Assembly: GCA_018780035.1 (NCBI GenBank)
Contig: JADMKE010000021.1
Coordinates: forward strand, 27,844-91,843
DNA length: 64,000 bases
DNA from: Candidatus Sericytochromatia bacterium
GTDB lineage: Bacteria; Cyanobacteriota; Sericytochromatia; UBA7694
Reading direction: 5' to 3'
Of the stretch, positions 26,611-37,035 are shown in pieces (positions within the stretch are counted from its first letter, which is position 1; every line of letters begins with the position of its first letter). Below the pieces are notes generated by a model. That model was not told the DNA's origin and made no database searches. It worked only from the letters and a program-made list of their open reading frames with translations. The translations under genes and the position numbers were made by a program.

Positions 26611-29106
26611 ATGAAAGCCGTACTCATGGCCGGAGGCTCCGGCACCCGACTCAGACCACTGACCTGCGATCTGCCCAAACCGATGGTGCCGATTGTCAAT
26701 AAACCGATTATCGAACATATTATCGACCTGCTTAAAAAACACAGTTATGACGATATTTATGTCACCCTTTATTATCTGCCCCACCTGATTCAAAATTATT
26801 TGCTCAACGGAGAAGAGCTGGGCGTGCGTGTCAATTACGCCCTCGAAGAGGAGCGCCCCCTGGGCACCGCCGGTTGCGTTAAAAATATCGAACAGCACCT
26901 CGACGACACTTTTTTGGTGATCAGCGGGGACTCCCTGACAGATTTTGATCTGAGCCAAGCCCTGAAGTTTCACAAAGAAAAAGGTTCCAAAGCCACGATT
27001 GTCTTAACCCGCGTTGAAAATCCGCTCGACTATGGCGTGGTCATCACCGACGAAGAGGGCCGGATTCAACGCTTTCTGGAAAAACCCACCAGCAGCGAGG
27101 TGTTTAGCGACACGATCAATACCGGCATTTATGTACTCGAACCCGAATTATTGGCCCTTTTGCCTGCCAACGAAGAGAAAGACTTTTCCAAAGATCTCTT
27201 CCCCTTGATTCTCGAAAAAGGCCTGCCGATGTACGGCTATGTCGCCGAGGGCTATTGGTGTGATATCGGCAATTTGACCACCTACCGCCAGGCCCATTAT
27301 GACGTGCTGGCTGGCAAGGTTCAGGTTGAGATGCCCTACCAACAGAAAGAAAATGGCGTTTGGATTGGTGAAGGTGTCGAAATGGAGAGCTCGGTGAGCC
27401 TCGAAGGCCCCGCCGTGATTGGGCACAATACCTATATCGGCAAAAATGTGCGCATCAGTGCCAATACCGTGCTGGGAGACAATGTGGTGGTTGGCCAAAA
27501 TGCCACACTCAAACGCCCCATTGTCTGGAATGGCGTGCATATCGACCGGGGCGCCTCCCTGCGCGGCTGCACCCTGGGCAAAAATGTGATCGTGCACAAA
27601 GAGGCCCAGATCCTGGAAGGGGCCGTGGTCGGCGACGACTGCTCCCTGGGTGAAAAAACCTTGGTCAAACCCGAAGTGCGCATCTGGCCCAATAAACATC
27701 TCGAACCCAACTCCATTGCCACCGAAAGCATTATCTGGGGGAGCGGTCAGCTCCAGAGTATCTTTGGCGAATTGGGCATTTCGGGCACCGTCAATACAGA
27801 TATTACCCCCGAATTGGCCGTCAAGATGGGGGCCGCTTATGGTGCCACCATTGGCATGGGCAAAAGTATCTCACTCAGTCGGGATCAATCTGCCGCCTCG
27901 CGCCTGTTCAGTCGCGCCTTTGCCTCGGGGGTGCTCTCAGTCGGTGTGCATATCCAAAACCTGGAAGCCTGCGCTTTGCCCGTGGCCCGCATTCAGATCC
28001 CCTCATTGGATGTCGCCGGGGGCGTACATGTGCGCTTGGCTGCAGATACCAGCCGTGAGAAAATCAGCATTGAATTTTTGGACTCATCGGGCCTGAATAT
28101 CTCCCCCCAGAGCGAGAAAAAAATCGAGGCCACTTACCAAAAAGAAGATTTCCGCCGGGCCCGCGTGGTCGAGTTGGGTGAAATTCAATACCCCTCCCGG
28201 ATTATTGAAAAATACCAGGAGGGCTTTGTTAAAACCCTCAGCCGCTTTAAACCCAGCCGCCCGATGAAAGTGGTACTGGACTATATGTTCCAGGCCAGCC
28301 ACGTCATTTTGCCCACCCTCTTGGGCCGCATGGGCATGGATACGGTGGTACTCAACGCCCACGTCGCCGAAGGGGCCCTGCGCAATTACGAAGAGCTGAC
28401 CCTGCAGACCTCCAATGTCGTTCGGGCCCTGAATGCCGACTTTGGTGTGCGCATGGATGCCAATGGCGAGCGCATGACCGTGGTCGACGAAAAGGGCGAG
28501 ACCATTGATCACAATCTGCTGATGGCAGCTTTTGTCAAAATGATGTTACACACCTTTCCAGGTAAAAAAGTGGCTGTCCCTGTGATGGCACCCAGCCTGA
28601 TCGAAGAGGTTGCCGCTCAGTTTGAAGGCCAGGTGATTCGCTCCAAAGCGACCACCCGCTCGTTAATGGAAGCAGCCCAGGAGCCCGATGTGATTCTGGC
28701 GGGCTTTGGCGGCCAATTGATCTTTCCGGCCTTTCATGGCGGCTTTGATGGCATGATGGCCGGAGCCACCCTGGCCACCTTGCTGGCATTGGACAATAAA
28801 AAGCTCTCGGAGGTCATTCAGGATCTGCCCCCGCTGCATATTCTCAGTGATCAACTGACTTGCCCGACCACGGTCAAAGGCACGTTGATGCGCCTGATGC
28901 TCGAAAAATATGGCCAGGAAAATATTTCCACCCTGGATGGCGTCAAACTCTTTGATGCTGAAGGCTGGACCTTGATTCTGCCCGATCCGAGTTATCCCAA
29001 AGTGCATATCTACAGCAATGGTTCGTCTCAGGAGTATTGTCAGACCCAATTGAACAAATACCGCGAAGACGTTCAACAGATGATCACCCACTCCAGTCAG
29101 ACCTAA
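26611..29106 (+). CDS. bifunctional mannose-1-phosphate guanylyltransferase / phosphomannomutase-phosphoglucomutase
   Basis: N-terminal NTP-transferase [18 protein letters not shown] plus left-handed beta-helix repeats. The C-terminal 400 aa has PGM/PMM architecture. Confidence 0.85.
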   Translation: MKAVLMAGGSGTRLRPLTCDLPKPMVPIVNKPIIEHIIDLLKKHSYDDIYVTLYYLPHLIQNYLLNGEELGVRVNYALEEERPLGTAGCVKNIEQHLDDTFLVISGDSLTDFDLSQALKFHKEKGSKATIVLTRVENPLDYGVVITDEEGRIQRFLEKPTSSEVFSDTINTGIYVLEPELLALLPANEEKDFSKDLFPLILEKGLPMYGYVAEGYWCDIGNLTTYRQAHYDVLAGKVQVEMPYQQKENGVWIGEGVEMESSVSLEGPAVIGHNTYIGKNVRISANTVLGDNVVVGQNATLKRPIVWNGVHIDRGASLRGCTLGKNVIVHKEAQILEGAVVGDDCSLGEKTLVKPEVRIWPNKHLEPNSIATESIIWGSGQLQSIFGELGISGTVNTDITPELAVKMGAAYGATIGMGKSISLSRDQSAASRLFSRAFASGVLSVGVHIQNLEACALPVARIQIPSLDVAGGVHVRLAADTSREKISIEFLDSSGLNISPQSEKKIEATYQKEDFRRARVVELGEIQYPSRIIEKYQEGFVKTLSRFKPSRPMKVVLDYMFQASHVILPTLLGRMGMDTVVLNAHVAEGALRNYEELTLQTSNVVRALNADFGVRMDANGERMTVVDEKGETIDHNLLMAAFVKMMLHTFPGKKVAVPVMAPSLIEEVAAQFEGQVIRSKATTRSLMEAAQEPDVILAGFGGQLIFPAFHGGFDGMMAGATLATLLALDNKKLSEVIQDLPPLHILSDQLTCPTTVKGTLMRLMLEKYGQENISTLDGVKLFDAEGWTLILPDPSYPKVHIYSNGSSQEYCQTQLNKYREDVQQMITHSSQT

Positions 29107-29112
29107 ACACCT

Positions 29113-29994
29113 GTGGAAGATCTGTTGCTGCAACTCCTGCCACTGGGCATTGGCGCTGCCATTTTTGTCAGCGTCCTCATGCTCATGCTGCTTTTTTCGG
29201 GCAATACCGAAAAAACCCTGAATGCACTCACTGGGCGTTATGCCCAAGCACTCAAGGTTGAGTTTGATCAGCTGCAATTGCCACTCAGCCCGAGTCAGTT
29301 CATCTTTTTTCAGACTGGACTGGCTCTGGCCTTGTTTGCAATTGGGGTCGTCACAGGCCCTGATGCTCTGACCAAGATTGCCATGGGCCTGCTCTTTGCC
29401 TATCTGGGTTTTTGGGGCTGTCGGCGCTGGCTCAAAGACCAACATGTGCGCCGCAAACGCAAATTTCAGGAGCAATTCGCCGATGCTGCAGCCCTGATTG
29501 GCAACACGGTGCGCTCGGGGCTGAGTTTGGTCCAGGCACTGGAAGTGGTGGTGCGCGAGATGGACGATCCGATGGCCTATGAACTGTATCAGGTGCTGCA
29601 GGCTACCCGTGTGGGTGCCCCCCTCGACTCAGTCCTGGAAGACTGGGCCGCACGCATGAACAATACCGATTTGGATATTTTTGTAACTGCCATTATTATC
29701 CAGCGCCAGACCGGAGGCGATTTGGCCCATGTGCTCAATACCCTCGCCCATACAGTTCGGCAACGCCAACGGATTCAAGGCCAGATCAGTGCACTGACAG
29801 CCCAAGGGCGTTTGGGAGCCATGGTCTTGGCAGGTCTGCCGGTTTTTATGGGGGTGATTCTCTATTTCCTCAATCCCGGCCGCATGAGCCTGATGGTCTC
29901 TCACCCAATTGGCTGGGGGATGCTCTTTGCCAGTGCCGCGACAATTATTGGCGGCATTGTGGTCGTGCAGAAAATTGTGGAGATTGATATATGA
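29113..29994 (+). CDS. type II secretion system F-family membrane protein (TadB-like)
   Basis: GTG start 6 nt after the upstream gene. T2SSF helical domain with flanking TM helices. Confidence 0.7.
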   Translation: MEDLLLQLLPLGIGAAIFVSVLMLMLLFSGNTEKTLNALTGRYAQALKVEFDQLQLPLSPSQFIFFQTGLALALFAIGVVTGPDALTKIAMGLLFAYLGFWGCRRWLKDQHVRRKRKFQEQFADAAALIGNTVRSGLSLVQALEVVVREMDDPMAYELYQVLQATRVGAPLDSVLEDWAARMNNTDLDIFVTAIIIQRQTGGDLAHVLNTLAHTVRQRQRIQGQISALTAQGRLGAMVLAGLPVFMGVILYFLNPGRMSLMVSHPIGWGMLFASAATIIGGIVVVQKIVEIDI

Positions 29995-30914
29995 CCTGGC
30001 TCATTTATGTCCTCTTTTTTCTGGCTGTGATGCTGGTAGTGCTGGCTTTTGCCAAGCCCCAGTCCAAAGAAGAGGCCTCGGCCCGTCTGCAATACCTCAA
30101 GGTCAAAAAAAATCTCGAGGAAGACAGCAAAGAAGGCCTAGAAAAAGCCCGCGCCATGGGACAGCAGTGGGCCTCTGAAAGCCACAGCCAATTGGCGCCC
30201 ATCGCCGCCCGTCTGATTCCCTCCAATCTGTATAAACTGATTCGCAGAAAGCTCGATTTGGCAGGCCTTTACACCACGACGGTTGAAATTTATGCCGTCA
30301 ATCAGTTGATCTACATGGCGGGACTGCCACTGGCATTTTTGGCCTTGAACCTGTTTTTGTTTAAATACCCGCTCAATACCGTTTTATATGCGGTGCCCGC
30401 TTTGCTGGCGATTGGCTATTATTTTCCAATTGTGCGCCTCAACACCCTGGTCGAAAACCGCCGCAGAGCGATGTTCCGCGCCTTTCCCGACTTTGTAGAT
30501 CTGATGACCATCTGCCTGGAAGCAGGTATGGGCATTGACGCCGCGCTGACGCTGATGATCAAAAAAGGCCAGCCGAGCCCGTTGCGCGACGAATTGAGCA
30601 AGACATTGCAAGAAATCCGCGTTGGCAAACCGCGTGTGCAGGCCCTCAAAGATCTGGCCAAACGGGTCGATATGAAAGAGATCACCTCTTTTGTTGTGGC
30701 CGTGGTTCAAGCCGAGCAAATTGGCGGAAACCTCAGCCAGACCCTCAAAATTCAGAGCGAAATCGCCCGCGATGCGCGCTGGCAAAAGGCCCAAGAACTG
30801 GCCCAGAAAGCGCCGATCAAATTGCTCTTCCCCATGCTGTTGCTGATTTTTCCGAATATATTCTTGATCATTTTTGGCCCGATTCTGCTGGGCTATATTA
30901 CCGGCAAACTTTAA
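29991..30914 (+). CDS. type II secretion system F-family membrane protein (TadC-like)
   Basis: 4-nt ATGA overlap with the TadB-like gene. A second T2SSF domain. Confidence 0.7.
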   Translation: MTWLIYVLFFLAVMLVVLAFAKPQSKEEASARLQYLKVKKNLEEDSKEGLEKARAMGQQWASESHSQLAPIAARLIPSNLYKLIRRKLDLAGLYTTTVEIYAVNQLIYMAGLPLAFLALNLFLFKYPLNTVLYAVPALLAIGYYFPIVRLNTLVENRRRAMFRAFPDFVDLMTICLEAGMGIDAALTLMIKKGQPSPLRDELSKTLQEIRVGKPRVQALKDLAKRVDMKEITSFVVAVVQAEQIGGNLSQTLKIQSEIARDARWQKAQELAQKAPIKLLFPMLLLIFPNIFLIIFGPILLGYITGKL

Positions 30915-30926
30915 GGGAGACGAACA

Positions 30927-32633
30927 ATGCACAGTCTCTCAGCGCATGATACCCTGAGACTCTGTTTGGCTTTGGCTTTGATGCTGGGTCTGGGCCGGAT
31001 TTTTGCAATTTTGAGCCAGCGCTTACAACAGCCCGCTGTCTTGGGGGAGATTGTGGCGGGCGTTGTCTTGGGGCCCACACTGCTGGGCGTGGTTTGGCCA
31101 GAAGCCTTTGGCTTTTTTTTCCCGCGCCAAGGCCCATTGGGACTGGCTTTAAGTGTGTTCACCAGCCTGAGCATTATCCTCTTTCTCTGTGTGGCGGGCA
31201 TGGAAGTGGATCTCAATACCGTTTGGAAACAGGGCAAACGGGCCTTGATTGTCGGCACCGGCGGCATGGTCTTTCCCTTTGTTTTGGGTTGGGGCAGTGT
31301 GTGGCTCTTTCCCAGTCTATTTGCAGCTGGCACCCCCAATTTACAGCTTTTCAGCATCTTTTTTGCCACAGCGCTGTCCATTTCTGCTTTGCCCGTGATC
31401 GCCAAAACCCTGATGGATCTGGCCCTGCTGCGCTCTGATTTGGGGGTGGTGATCATGGCTGCCGCGATTATGAATGATCTAATGGGTTGGATTATTTTTG
31501 CCCTTTTGATGGGGCAAATGCAAAGTGATGGTCACCATACCGCCACCCCCGGTCTGACCACGATTGTGATGATCTTGCTCTTTGCGGGTTTGATGCTCAC
31601 AGCCGGCCGTTGGGTCTTTAACAAGAGCTTGCTTTGGCTTTCGGCCCATACAGAGGGCCCCGGCCCCATTTTAAGTCTGGCAATCTGTGGGGCATTGCTC
31701 GGTGCCGCAGCCACCGAGGCCCTTGGCATTCATCCCATTTTTGGTTCTTTTTTGGTTGGAGTCGCATTGGGCAATTCAGCCCACCTGCTCGAACGCAACC
31801 GCCAAACCCTGGAACATTTTATTTCCTGTATCCTGGCGCCTCTATTTTTTGTCAGTATTGGGCTCAAAGTCAATTTTGTCGCTCATTTTGATTGGAAATT
31901 AACCTTGGTTGTGGTTGTGATTGCCTGTCTGGGCAAAATTGTCGGCTGCAGCCTGGCCGCTTGGTGGAGTGGCATGCAATTGCGGGAATCTTTGGCCGTC
32001 GGCTTTGGGCTGAATGCCCGAGGAGCAATGGAGATCATTCTCGGGCTGCTGGCCTTGGAGTCGGGGCTGATCAAAGAAAATATGTTTGTGGCTTTGGTGA
32101 TTATGGCTTTGCTGACCTCGATGCTCTCAGGGGGAATGATTCGCTGGATTCTGCAACAGCAACGCAAACTCACATTGGCAGATTATTTGGATTCCCGTGC
32201 CATTGTTTACCGCCTTGAAAGTGAAAACCACGAGAGCGCCATTGCGCAGCTCTGTCAACGTTTGGCTCAGATCAGTGGTTTGCCCGTGGCCCCTCTGCAA
32301 TCAGCGGTCTTGGATGAAGAATCGGTATTGTCGACCGGCCTGGGCTACGATATCGCAGTCCCCCACGCGGGGGTCAAAGGTTTGCCAGCTCCCCTGCTCG
32401 CAGTCGGTCTGTCTCCAACAGGTCTGAATTTTAACGCCCCAGATGGTCAAAAAGCCCACCTGATACTGCTTCTGCTCACCCCAGAGGAAGACAAAGTTTT
32501 GCAATTACAGCTCTTTACCGAGATTGGCCAGGTCTTTAACAAAGAAGAAGATCGCCAAGCCTTTTTGAAAATGGACAATTTCACCGAACTCAAGGCCTGG
32601 GTTCGGGGCCGCCTGCACAGCAATGGACATTAA
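30927..32633 (+). CDS. CPA2-family cation:proton antiporter fused to C-terminal PTS EIIA(type 2/Ntr) regulatory domain
   Basis: AAGGGAGA RBS. 12-13 TM Na_H_Exchanger core. The C-terminus DIAVPHAGVKGLPAPLLAVG...HLILLLL is PTS_EIIA_2-like with the phosphorylatable His. Confidence 0.8.
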   Translation: MHSLSAHDTLRLCLALALMLGLGRIFAILSQRLQQPAVLGEIVAGVVLGPTLLGVVWPEAFGFFFPRQGPLGLALSVFTSLSIILFLCVAGMEVDLNTVWKQGKRALIVGTGGMVFPFVLGWGSVWLFPSLFAAGTPNLQLFSIFFATALSISALPVIAKTLMDLALLRSDLGVVIMAAAIMNDLMGWIIFALLMGQMQSDGHHTATPGLTTIVMILLFAGLMLTAGRWVFNKSLLWLSAHTEGPGPILSLAICGALLGAAATEALGIHPIFGSFLVGVALGNSAHLLERNRQTLEHFISCILAPLFFVSIGLKVNFVAHFDWKLTLVVVVIACLGKIVGCSLAAWWSGMQLRESLAVGFGLNARGAMEIILGLLALESGLIKENMFVALVIMALLTSMLSGGMIRWILQQQRKLTLADYLDSRAIVYRLESENHESAIAQLCQRLAQISGLPVAPLQSAVLDEESVLSTGLGYDIAVPHAGVKGLPAPLLAVGLSPTGLNFNAPDGQKAHLILLLLTPEEDKVLQLQLFTEIGQVFNKEEDRQAFLKMDNFTELKAWVRGRLHSNGH

Positions 32634-33072
32634 ACCGCTCAGCGAGAGCAACACAACCATGCCCGCGCGCCAATGCTCCTGTCGCCCCGGTGAATTTTTA
32701 AACCTGCCTCAGCCGCTGTTTAGCATGGTCTGCCACTGTCAGACCTGCCAGGCTTTTTTTGGCAAGCCCTATACCGATGAATGTACATTTTGGTTTGGAG
32801 ACGTGGCGGGAATTTCTCTGGAGAACATGGAGTTTAAAGCATACCAGTCGCAGCTATCCCCCATTCGCCGTGGCACATGCCTGCTCTGTGGCAAAGTGAC
32901 CTGCTGTCTGGCCAAAGTGGGACCAATTGTGCTCTTTTTGATGGTGTCAAGCGATCAATTGAGGCAGGAAAACTGCCCAAAACCAGTCTCCCATATCTAT
33001 TACCACCGCCGATTGGCCAACGCAGCAGAATCAAGCCCGAAAGATCTCTGGCCATTTTTTCAGCCAGCTTGA
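32623..33072 (+). CDS. Cys-rich small protein, possible GFA/Mss4-like zinc-binding fold
   Basis: CSCRPGEF...CHCQTCQ...CLLCGKVTCC cysteine pattern. 11-nt overlap with the antiporter gene. Confidence 0.35.
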   Translation: MDIKPLSESNTTMPARQCSCRPGEFLNLPQPLFSMVCHCQTCQAFFGKPYTDECTFWFGDVAGISLENMEFKAYQSQLSPIRRGTCLLCGKVTCCLAKVGPIVLFLMVSSDQLRQENCPKPVSHIYYHRRLANAAESSPKDLWPFFQPA

Positions 33073-33158
33073 GATTGTCCGAGCCGTTGTTTCCAGTCTT
33101 GGACAGCGTTTGAAACACAGGGCACAGCATTCAGGCACAAAAGATTAAAGCCTGTGGC

Positions 33159-34514
33159 TCAGGGCTGCGGAGCCCCATAGACCACCCAGGTCGCAAAGGT
33201 CTCCGAAATCTTGAGCGAACGGGCCACGTAATTGCCAGGATAGGCCTTGACGTAGCGCAAAAAGGCCTGCAAATCTGTCTCGCCAATCACCATCATCACT
33301 TCAGACAGTGGCAAATTGGCATAAGGACCTTCGGTTGCCGGTGGAATAGCGCTGGCACGGGGCGCGCATTCGCGAATGGAATAAAGCGCCATTTCCATCG
33401 CCTGGGGATCGACAATCATTTTGCTCACGGTATAGCGGCTATTGGCATAACGCGAAAAGTCAAAGAGTGGCTGATCGTAATTATCCGTAAAGTCCACATT
33501 TAATTCATGTAAATCGACAAAGCTGACAGGGGTGTAATTTTGAACCGGTGGTGGAGGCTGTCCGGGCGGATAGGCAGGATCTCCGGGTGCCATAGGCTGC
33601 TGGCCATGCTGATAGGGCAAACTGACTGGGCTTTTGTGCCGCAATTGATCGAGCAAGCCTTTAAAAGCTTGGCCAAACGCCTCTTTGAGCTCTTTTTGAA
33701 CATGCTCTTGAATCTCAAGCACCATATCCGTGTAATAGGTAAGCTTTTGTGCCAGAAATTTGTATTTGGCGAGCAGCAGGCGAACATATTTTGCAATTGG
33801 CCCAAGCAAATCCAAGAGCGAATTACGGGGAATCAGGTGTTCAGGGGTATTGGAACCTGGGTGAACCGGGCGAAAGGTTTGACCTGTTTCTTCATATGGG
33901 GATTCCTCTGAATCTGTGGCAAAGAGCTGGCCTTCCCCCAACATCTGGCGGTAATAGTCCTCAGCCGTTTTGGGTTTGCGCTTGGGACGGGTGGTAGGCG
34001 GGGGCGCGTCATAAGGGTTGTAGTCAGAATGTGGATCCGCATAAGTTTGGTTGGAGCCATAATTCGGGTCGTAATAGCCCTGGTTGGGGTCTGCTGCGTA
34101 CTGCTGGTTGGGGTCATAATTCGGGTCGTAATAACCCTGGTTGGGGTCTGCTGCGTACTGCTGGTTGGGGTCATGGTATGTCTGGGACTGCGCTTGATAA
34201 GCCTGATTTTGGTCGTACATGCCTTCAGGGGCGACATAACCCGAGGCATCTTGCTGGTAATAGGGATTTTGCTGCTGGTGAGTTTGGCGCTGTTTGACCT
34301 CTTGCTGCCGGTCCAATGCCTCATCCGTCAGGGTCAGAGAACTGGTCACACGGTAAGATGTGACCCCTTCTCCCCTGGCACGTCGCTTTTTACGGTTGTT
34401 TTGCTTATCCACCCTTTTATTATAGCTTCTGAATTTACAGGATTTCCAGAAAGCATACAAAAAGGGGGTATACTGAAGCACATTTTTGAGGAGAAATCCC
34501 GATGGACTATGCAC
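33159..34514 (-). CDS. hypothetical protein with Q/N/Y/P-rich low-complexity N-terminal half (true start uncertain, probably internal)
   Basis: DPNQQYAADPNQGYYDPNY is duplicated. The C-terminal 250 aa are globular with no motif I recognise. The longest ORF would share its first 13 nt head-on with the divergent yjbR-like gene (its first codon lies at 34512..34514), so an internal start, for example the Met near 34220, is more likely. Confidence 0.5.
   Translation of the reverse strand: MHSPSGFLLKNVLQYTPFLYAFWKSCKFRSYNKRVDKQNNRKKRRARGEGVTSYRVTSSLTLTDEALDRQQEVKQRQTHQQQNPYYQQDASGYVAPEGMYDQNQAYQAQSQTYHDPNQQYAADPNQGYYDPNYDPNQQYAADPNQGYYDPNYGSNQTYADPHSDYNPYDAPPPTTRPKRKPKTAEDYYRQMLGEGQLFATDSEESPYEETGQTFRPVHPGSNTPEHLIPRNSLLDLLGPIAKYVRLLLAKYKFLAQKLTYYTDMVLEIQEHVQKELKEAFGQAFKGLLDQLRHKSPVSLPYQHGQQPMAPGDPAYPPGQPPPPVQNYTPVSFVDLHELNVDFTDNYDQPLFDFSRYANSRYTVSKMIVDPQAMEMALYSIRECAPRASAIPPATEGPYANLPLSEVMMVIGETDLQAFLRYVKAYPGNYVARSLKISETFATWVVYGAPQP
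34059..34172. repeat. two tandem 57-nt units (one mismatch) inside the Q/N-rich protein gene
   Basis: ataattcgggtcgtaata(g/a)ccctggttggggtctgctgcgtactgctggttggggtc appears twice back to back. Confidence 0.8.
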
Positions 34515-34855
34515 AACTTCGTATTTTTTGCCTGGATTTAAACGGCGCCGAAGAAACTTGGCCCTTTGGGCCCGAAGTAACCGTGTTTAAATTAGCGGGA
34601 AAAATGTTTGCCCTGTGTAACCCCGCCCAATCCCCTCTGCGCATCAATCTCAAATGTGAACCGGGTCTGGCAGAATTGCTGCGCGAAAATTATGCAGCGG
34701 TTCAGCCCGGTTGGCACATGAACAAACGCCACTGGAACACCGTCACGCTCAACTCAGATCTGCCTGATCAAGAAGTCTGTAAACAAATCGTCCATTCTTA
34801 TGCCCTGATCAAAGCCAGTCTGCCCAAGCGCATTCGCGAAACCCTCTCAGACTAA
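34502..34855 (+). CDS. MmcQ/YjbR-family DNA-binding protein
   Basis: GAGGAG RBS. PGWHMNKRHWNTV matches the YjbR signature. Confidence 0.7.
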   Translation: MDYAQLRIFCLDLNGAEETWPFGPEVTVFKLAGKMFALCNPAQSPLRINLKCEPGLAELLRENYAAVQPGWHMNKRHWNTVTLNSDLPDQEVCKQIVHSYALIKASLPKRIRETLSD

Positions 34856-34930
34856 AGGCCTTTCTCACAGGCAAATCCCAGCGGATATGCTACCCTGAAA
34901 AACAGTTGAAACCCCAACAGGAAACACACA

Positions 34931-36343
34931 ATGAGCAATTTATCTTCTCCTTCCTTTGCAATTGCGATCATGGCCGCAGGCAAAGGCACGCGCATGAAGT
35001 CCGAAACCACCCCCAAAGTCCTACATACCTTGGCCGGCCGCAGCATGATTGGCCATGTTTTACACGCATCAATGGGTCTCGAACCCGAAAAAATTCACGT
35101 GATTGTCGGCCACTGTGCCGAACAGGTGCAAAACTTTGTCGAAACCAATGGCAGCCCAGAATTGCGCTCGCGTCTGGGTTGGGTCGAGCAAAAAGAGCAA
35201 TTGGGCACTGGCCACGCAATCATGCAACTCATGCCCGTACTCGAAAATTTCAAAGGCAGCTTGATGATCGTCAATGGCGATGTGCCCCTGCTGCGCAGCG
35301 AAACCTTGCAATTGCTGCGAGAAACCCACGAAGAGTTGGATTATGCTGCCACACTGCTCACAACCAAAGTCGCAGATCCCACAGGTTATGGCCGAATTGT
35401 CAGGCATCACCAGCAATTTGTTAAAATTGTCGAACACAAAGATGCCAATGCCAAAGAATTGCAAATTCAGGAGATCAACACAGGGGTCTACGTTTTTTCT
35501 TGGCCTGTGCTGCAGCAATACCTGCCCAAACTCAGCAATGCCAATGCCAAAGGCGAATATTATTTGACCGACGTGATCGAAATGCTGGTGCAAGATCGCA
35601 TGCGCATTGGCACAGTCACCGCCGAAAACCCCCTCGAAGTCTTGGGTGTCAACAGCCGCAAAGAATTGGCTGAAATGGAATGTATCTTACACAGGCGCAT
35701 CAACGACCATTGGATGGAAGCGGGGGTGACCCTGCGCGATCCCTCGTCGATTTATATCGATAGCCAGGTTGATTTAGCGGTCGATGTCGAAATTTTGCCA
35801 GGCACGATGCTGCAAGGCCGCACAAAGATTGGTTCAGGATCTCGAATTGGCCCCAATTGCCAGATTCGCAACAGCGCCATTGGTGAAGACTGCGAAATCC
35901 GTTTTTCGGTGATCGAACAAGCCCAAATCAAAGCTGGTGTCCAGATTGGCCCCTATGCCCATTTGCGCCCCGCAACCGTGGTCGAAAAAAATGCCAAAGT
36001 CGGCAATTTTGTGGAACTCAAAAAAGCCCATCTGGGTGAGAATTCCAAAGCCTCCCACCTGAGTTATCTGGGGGATGTCGAAATTGGCAAAAATTGCAAT
36101 ATTGGCGCAGGCACCATTACCTGCAATTACGATGGCGCTCAGAAGCACAAAATCACGATGGAAGAGGGCGTCTTTACAGGCAGCAATAGCACACTTGTGG
36201 CGCCTTTGAATTTTGGCAAAGACGCCTATGTGGCAGCCGGATCGGTGATCACCGAAGACCTGCCTGCAGGCAGTTTGGGCTTGGGCCGAAGCAGACAGGT
36301 CACCAAAGAGGGCTGGTCTGAGAGCCGGCGGCCGCGCAAATGA
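34931..36343 (+). CDS. glmU: bifunctional UDP-N-acetylglucosamine pyrophosphorylase / glucosamine-1-phosphate N-acetyltransferase
   Basis: AIMAAGKGTRMKS N-terminal nucleotidyltransferase, with a C-terminal hexapeptide-repeat acetyltransferase. Confidence 0.95.
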   Translation: MSNLSSPSFAIAIMAAGKGTRMKSETTPKVLHTLAGRSMIGHVLHASMGLEPEKIHVIVGHCAEQVQNFVETNGSPELRSRLGWVEQKEQLGTGHAIMQLMPVLENFKGSLMIVNGDVPLLRSETLQLLRETHEELDYAATLLTTKVADPTGYGRIVRHHQQFVKIVEHKDANAKELQIQEINTGVYVFSWPVLQQYLPKLSNANAKGEYYLTDVIEMLVQDRMRIGTVTAENPLEVLGVNSRKELAEMECILHRRINDHWMEAGVTLRDPSSIYIDSQVDLAVDVEILPGTMLQGRTKIGSGSRIGPNCQIRNSAIGEDCEIRFSVIEQAQIKAGVQIGPYAHLRPATVVEKNAKVGNFVELKKAHLGENSKASHLSYLGDVEIGKNCNIGAGTITCNYDGAQKHKITMEEGVFTGSNSTLVAPLNFGKDAYVAAGSVITEDLPAGSLGLGRSRQVTKEGWSESRRPRK

Positions 36344-36349
36344 GGGCCC

Positions 36350-36943
36350 ATGACTGATTGGTTGATCGTCGGCCTGGGCAATCCGGGTCAACAATACGAA
36401 AAAACCCGGCACAATATTGGCTGGCTCTTGATTGACGAACTCAGTCAACGCTGGCAAGTGTCATTGCAAAACCGCAGCAAAGAGAAATGCCTGCTGGGCT
36501 CCGCCCGTGTGGGAGAGCATAAGGTTTGGCTCTGCAAGCCGATCACCTTTATGAACCTCAGTGGTGAAGCTGTTCAGCCGCTGATGGCCTATTACAATAT
36601 TCCCAACGAAAATTTACTCGTGCTCTCCGATGACGTCAATCTGGACTTTGGCCGGGCCCGGCTCAGGGCCAAAGGCAGTGCTGGAGGTCAAAAAGGCATT
36701 CAGAATATCATTCAAAGACTCGGTAGTGAAGAGTTTGCCCGTTTAAGAATCGGCGTAGGCCCGCTTTTGCCCGGCAGAAATTTATCGAACTTTGTTTTGG
36801 ACCGCTTGCCAAAATCTGAATTGGAGGCCTTGCCCGAACTTATGGGTGTAATGGCCGAGGCTGTTGAGCGCTGCATACGCAATGGGATCGAAGCAACTGT
36901 GCCGTTTGCCAATGGTTATCGCTTACCCCAAATTGAAAAATAG
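36350..36943 (+). CDS. pth: peptidyl-tRNA hydrolase
   Basis: LIVGLGNPGQQYEKTRHNIGW. Confidence 0.95.
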   Translation: MTDWLIVGLGNPGQQYEKTRHNIGWLLIDELSQRWQVSLQNRSKEKCLLGSARVGEHKVWLCKPITFMNLSGEAVQPLMAYYNIPNENLLVLSDDVNLDFGRARLRAKGSAGGQKGIQNIIQRLGSEEFARLRIGVGPLLPGRNLSNFVLDRLPKSELEALPELMGVMAEAVERCIRNGIEATVPFANGYRLPQIEK

Positions 36944-37035
36944 ACGAAATAGGCCTTTTAGATTCTGCTGCAGAAACGCCAGAGCGGGTGCTAATATAGA
37001 ACCATGGATTGTTTGAAAGGATCGTCGCCTCCCTT

